DNA of 39,035 bases. Source: Klebsormidium nitens. Taxonomy: Eukaryota > Plantae > Klebsormidiophyceae. Every line of letters starts with the position of its first letter. The first letter of the stretch is position 1. The notes beneath the pieces were generated by a model. It saw only the letters and a list, made by a program, of their open reading frames with translations. It was not told the origin of the DNA and did no database searches. Where the stretch lies: contig DF237682.1 in NCBI GenBank assembly GCA_000708835.1, forward strand, positions 1-39,035. Direction: 5' to 3'. The position numbers and the translations under genes were made by a program. This document shows positions 35,301-39,035 of this stretch, in pieces.

Positions 35301-36333
35301 ATAAAGCAATTCATGCCTGCAGCTGGTTTGAAGAGCTCATCACCCTCATTCCCTGGTAATGCAACCCTCTACCACCTCCGCAAACAGGAAACATGATGAC
35401 ATTTTCAGGCGCAACTGCTATCCTGAGGTGCTGTGTCCCCACATTCCAACGCATGTTTTTTCAGCATACAAAACCCTGGAACTTGGGCTCTTACACTCGG
35501 AACGTTGTGGCTAAAATCTCATGCTACAGGGACCTATACAGAAGCACCAGCACCTGTCTTCCGCTTTACGAATACTAAATCTGCTGAAGTTCATGAAACG
35601 TCTTTCATCAACAGAGTTTATTGGTAAGAGGAAACGTTATCTATCATACGGATAACCTTCGAATGGGTAACACCCCAAGCTCCACCAGAACCCACAAAAA
35701 CCAACATCAAAGTTCACGATCCGCAATCCTCAGGGTTCAGTCAATTTGGCCAGGCGCTCGCTGCAATTCTTCTGCGACCCTCAGGACACGGGATAAGGCA
35801 TCAAGCGGAAGCCTTGCGAGGATCCCAGAACCGTCCCGATAAGGCTGTCACCAATCCTCGTTATGCGGCCTTTCCCATTGAGGGGTACAGACAATGGAGC
35901 AGGTGGGAACCTCAAAAAAAGTGGAATGTTCCTTGGTCTGCAAAATCAAACTTGCATTTCAGACTTTACAAAGGGGCGGGCGAAAATTGAGCTTGAAGAT
36001 GCAGCAGATAATGCCTTGCATCTAGAGCTTGACACAGAAAGTCTAAGTAGCATTGCTATCTCCCTTGGTTTCACATTCTTTGGAAAACTCTAACTTACTT
36101 GAGGTGCAAGCCCCCGCTGCATCTGCCAAGTCTTGCTGGGAAAACTCAATTGGGCAAGGACCAGACCCAGCAGCTTGCAGGACTTTCCGAGAAGCCCCAA
36201 GCCTACTCCCTGCCGACCCCGCTAGCTGCTGAAGCTTGTTAGCACCACCTTCTACAATAGCCAACGAAGCAGCAGAACTCGCGGCCAGCAAAAGAATGAA
36301 GAGCCGCAAACAGCTGTCCTTCTGGAACCCCAT
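29400..36333 (-). CDS. Receptor-like Ser/Thr kinase (RLK/Pelle, RKF3/SPARK-like) with signal peptide, two Cys-rich SPARK-like ectodomains, TM helix and RD kinase, ~901 aa, 11 exons
   Basis: Exons (minus): 36333-36099, 35219-35083, 34806-34650, 34074-33940, 33611-33343, 32918-32112, 31659-31402, 30987-30855, 30637-30489, 30092-29967, 29699-29400 join in phase (2706 nt). TM: [24 protein letters not shown]. Kinase motifs: [41 protein letters not shown]. Confidence 0.92.
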
Positions 36334-37659
36334 TCAAGCGAGTCACATCAGACCCCACAAGCCATCACCTGCTAATGAAAGGCGATCATGGGCTTCAAAT
36401 TACTTTAGAACTGCGCAGAGCTCCGCACTCCTGGGATCCTGCGTAATAAAAACCTTTCAAGAGCTTCGCCCCCGGTTTGTCAGATGCAAAACGACGGGGT
36501 CAACCCCGCGCGCCAGGTGCAATGCAGATAAGGACCTCGCAATAAACCCCTTCACATCTTGCCAGGGGATCTGCGAGCTAGGTTATACTGTCTAGAGACG
36601 AAGTTTGCTTTCACTGACAGGCCGTATACGGCTACCGTAGTACTGCTGTGCCGGCGCCAGCCACTTCCAAGTTCCACATTGGCTTCCACCATGAATCGTC
36701 ATGTAGGTGTTAGCGTCACTTTGATGTGGCACCCCCTTGGGGTATTCTGTTTGGGGGGGGGCTTGCTTGGTTTGCTTCACCCAAACGAAGCCTAAGGTGG
36801 AGAAGGGGGGGTGGGCTTGTGGCCTTTCACTTGGGGCGCAGCCCCGACAGGATCTTTGGTGCAGAATTTTCCATTTCATGCTGTTTTACCCTCTTTTTGA
36901 TCATTGGTCTGAACATCTACCGTAGCCTTCGAATGCTACAAATATTCACAATATATAACGTAAAAATGAGGCAGTAATGTGATACGAGTCACGACAGAGT
37001 TTTTCTGGCCAAGATTTTGGCCCGGTTGGTAATCGACTGCCTCGGGGCCTTGACCATTTCTGTGACGATAATGCCGGGAGGGGGGAGGGGCTTGTGACCC
37101 TCGAGCCAAAGTGCCTCTAAAATACCTATTACCGGGTGCCACTTCAAAGTGACGGTACCGTACCCTTAAACTTGCAAATGCGGCCGTCATGCGGTCGAGA
37201 CCTGTCTTGCAGGTACCGTACCGGTATGTCTAGCCTCAACTTCCCTCAAGTACGGTACGCCGGTCCCCGTCGGTTCAAACCACCCGGCCCCATATGGGGG
37301 TATAACCAAATGAACGGTACATACCTAGGGATACCTACTTATTAGAAGGTGTCAGGTACGGTAGTCGTAGGTACCGCTACCGGGTACCCCCTGTAAGTAA
37401 GGTACGTACTAAAGTACCGGTAGCTACTACCGTACGGTAATACCACAGAGTGCGGCAGTTGGAGCAGAGGCGTGACTTACCGGAAGAGGGCAACGGTGCT
37501 TCATACCACCGTTACCGGCTCAAACCGTCTATGGATAACTACCGTCTGTGGATAGGCAGGTGCGTACCTTCCGTTTGTTCCGCTAGGTACCTCTGCAGGT
37601 ACCGCAGCGACAGAGTGGGGTTAGGTTCCCGAATCCCCAGTGCCAAATGTGGATGTCGC

Positions 37660-37839
37660 GACACTTCAGGAATACCGTAGTAGGTATGCTCAAGAAATAG
37701 TACTCAAACCAAACACTAAAATTCTAACCTAAGAAATCTACCTGCTCCGCTCCCGTGCCTACCCTAACCCCCAGACTGACCCTACCCGTCCCAGGCTGGT
37801 GATTTGACTATTCCTTGAGCATACTATTCCTGAAGTGTC
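37660..37839. mobile_element. MITE-like element (180 bp) with ~33-bp inverted termini and a CCCTAA-rich interior
   Basis: The left arm GACACTTCAGGAATA[+9 nt]GTATGCTCAAGAAATAGT (37660-37701) matches the reverse complement of 37808-37839 (1 mismatch plus the 9-nt insertion). No clear TSD. Confidence 0.75.
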
Positions 37840-38299
37840 ATTTGAACTCATTTCTTCAAATGTGCCTACCCACTTCACCAGTACCGTACCAACAATACTG
37901 TAAGTACTACCAGGTAATGAGTCATCAGAGCCACCGTACACTGTACAGGTACCTTTGTTAGTGTCGTCACCTTGCATGAGATCATGGTGACCGGATTATG
38001 TACCTGATACCGTACGTACGAGGAACTTCGTGTTACACTGACAGCTTTTAATACGAGCACAACAACGGTAGGTACCTAGGTAGATCGGATCTTGACCTTC
38101 CTTCTTGGTTTGTGTGACCTACCCAACTAGCATCCGGATGACGAACCAGGGCCCTTTCGGCTGGGTTAAATCTCCAGTTTCGCATCTTGAAACCGGTAAG
38201 AAAATAAGCTGTAACTACCTATTTTTAAAAGTACAATCAAATAAGGATCTAATTCTAATAACGAGGAGGAATCTTCTAGTTACCAACACGAACACCAGC

Positions 38300-38385
38300 A
38301 CTAACACCCTAAGTTTCTAAGTTACTCGCTCCGCACCCGGACCCACCCTAACCCACCCTAACCACCATTCTAATCCCACCCGTCC
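38300..38385 (+). repeat. Degenerate CCCTAA-rich repeat related to the interior of the 37660-37839 element
   Basis: GCTCCGCACCCGGACCCACCCTAACCC matches GCTCCGCTCCCGTGCCTACCCTAACCC (~37744-37770) at 23/27, and both are followed by CCC(T)ACCCGTCC. Confidence 0.55.
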
Positions 38386-38677
38386 TCGTCGGATTCTTAT
38401 TACTCTACTGTTCAGTGTTTTCTTGTACCGTTTTCTTGTACCTATTATACTAGGTATCAAAGTTTACCTCTAAAAGAATTCCATGCCAGGCGGTTTTCAG
38501 AATCTTCAAAGTTCACCCGACGATCCGATCTGATGTGACCTTTGATTTCGTGACGATTGATCGCTACCAGGTACCTAATACCGGTAGCATTGGTCGGAGA
38601 CTCAGGGACCCGGTACTCAGAACCTTGACGTCACGTTGGTCCGGAAAAAGTATAGGTATCACAGATCACTGCCTTGG

Positions 38678-39032
38678 ACTGGGGTTTGAAAGCGACGGAT
38701 CGAAAAAAAACGGAAGTGTAGATATCTTCGGAGCTAACTCTGGATGACGAGCGCAGAATATCGACTAAGCGTACCGAACCGCGTCGAACGTTGAAACTGC
38801 TCTCGTGCTGTTGCGACAGGGCAAGAACATAGGAATCTGCCACGTGTAAGGAATGACGGTCGTCGATATTGGTTCCATGATTTACGGCCGTCCACTGCCG
38901 AAGACTTTTATTATATAGATTTGGAAGGTACGCGCTCTTTTTAGCCCAGTGGGCAATGAGTTTGGTCGGACGGCTCGAGCTACGACTCGGAGGTCCAGGG
39001 TTCGAGTCCTGGCAGGAACGTCAGTCTTTCGG
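38678..39032 (+). repeat. Right copy of the ~355-bp terminal inverted repeat, running to the window end
   Basis: Reverse complement of 148-507 at ~95% identity. Confidence 0.95.
38934..39020 (+). pseudogene. tRNA-Arg(ACG)-like degenerate Pol III unit
   Basis: A box TAGCCCAGTGG (38942-38952), TCGAG-CTACGA-CTCGG anticodon-like arm (6-nt loop), AGGTC variable loop and B box GGTTCGAGTCC (38999-39009). The D-loop is expanded by ~15 nt and the acceptor stem mispairs. TA-rich box at 38906-38917. Confidence 0.7.
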
Positions 39033-39035
39033 GGC

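Noticed and set aside
38934-39020. Functional tRNA-Arg gene
   Set aside because: The acceptor stem mispairs, the D-loop is expanded and the anticodon loop is 6 nt (deleted in the other copy).
1-39035. The whole window as an autonomous giant transposon or virus with TIRs
   Set aside because: No transposase, integrase, polymerase or capsid gene is present, the cargo is ordinary intron-rich host genes, and no TSD can be seen. Kept only as a hypothesis in the findings.

Overview
This is eukaryotic nuclear DNA from a green-lineage organism: intron-dense genes with GT-AG introns and GC-rich exons. The gene set and style suggest a streptophyte alga such as Klebsormidium, which is an inference. I reconstructed four genes by hand from splice sites and reading phase. 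(1) A secreted expansin-like protein (+, 4 exons, ~309 aa). (2) An ATX1/ATX2-type trithorax H3K4 methyltransferase (-, 17 exons, ~2123 aa; Tudor-PWWP-FYRN/FYRC-PHD-ePHD-SET-postSET) with a 1-nt frameshift in exon 8, an N-terminal PIP-box-like motif and a GATA-like C4 finger. (3) A PIF1 helicase (+, 15 exons, ~645 aa), head-to-head with ATX, carrying SIM-like and RPA32C-binding-like motifs. (4) A receptor-like kinase (-, 11 exons, ~901 aa) with two tandem SPARK-like ectodomains. This ~34-kb gene island is bracketed by two ~2-kb non-coding flanks full of MITE-like elements and chains of TA(CC|GG|CCG|CGG|CCGG)TA, which I read as accumulated Tc1/mariner excision footprints. The outermost ~360 bp at each end are inverted copies (~95% identical) of a repeat carrying a degenerate tRNA-Arg(ACG)-like Pol III unit that points outward. 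There is no evidence for CRISPR, rRNA or an intact transposase.
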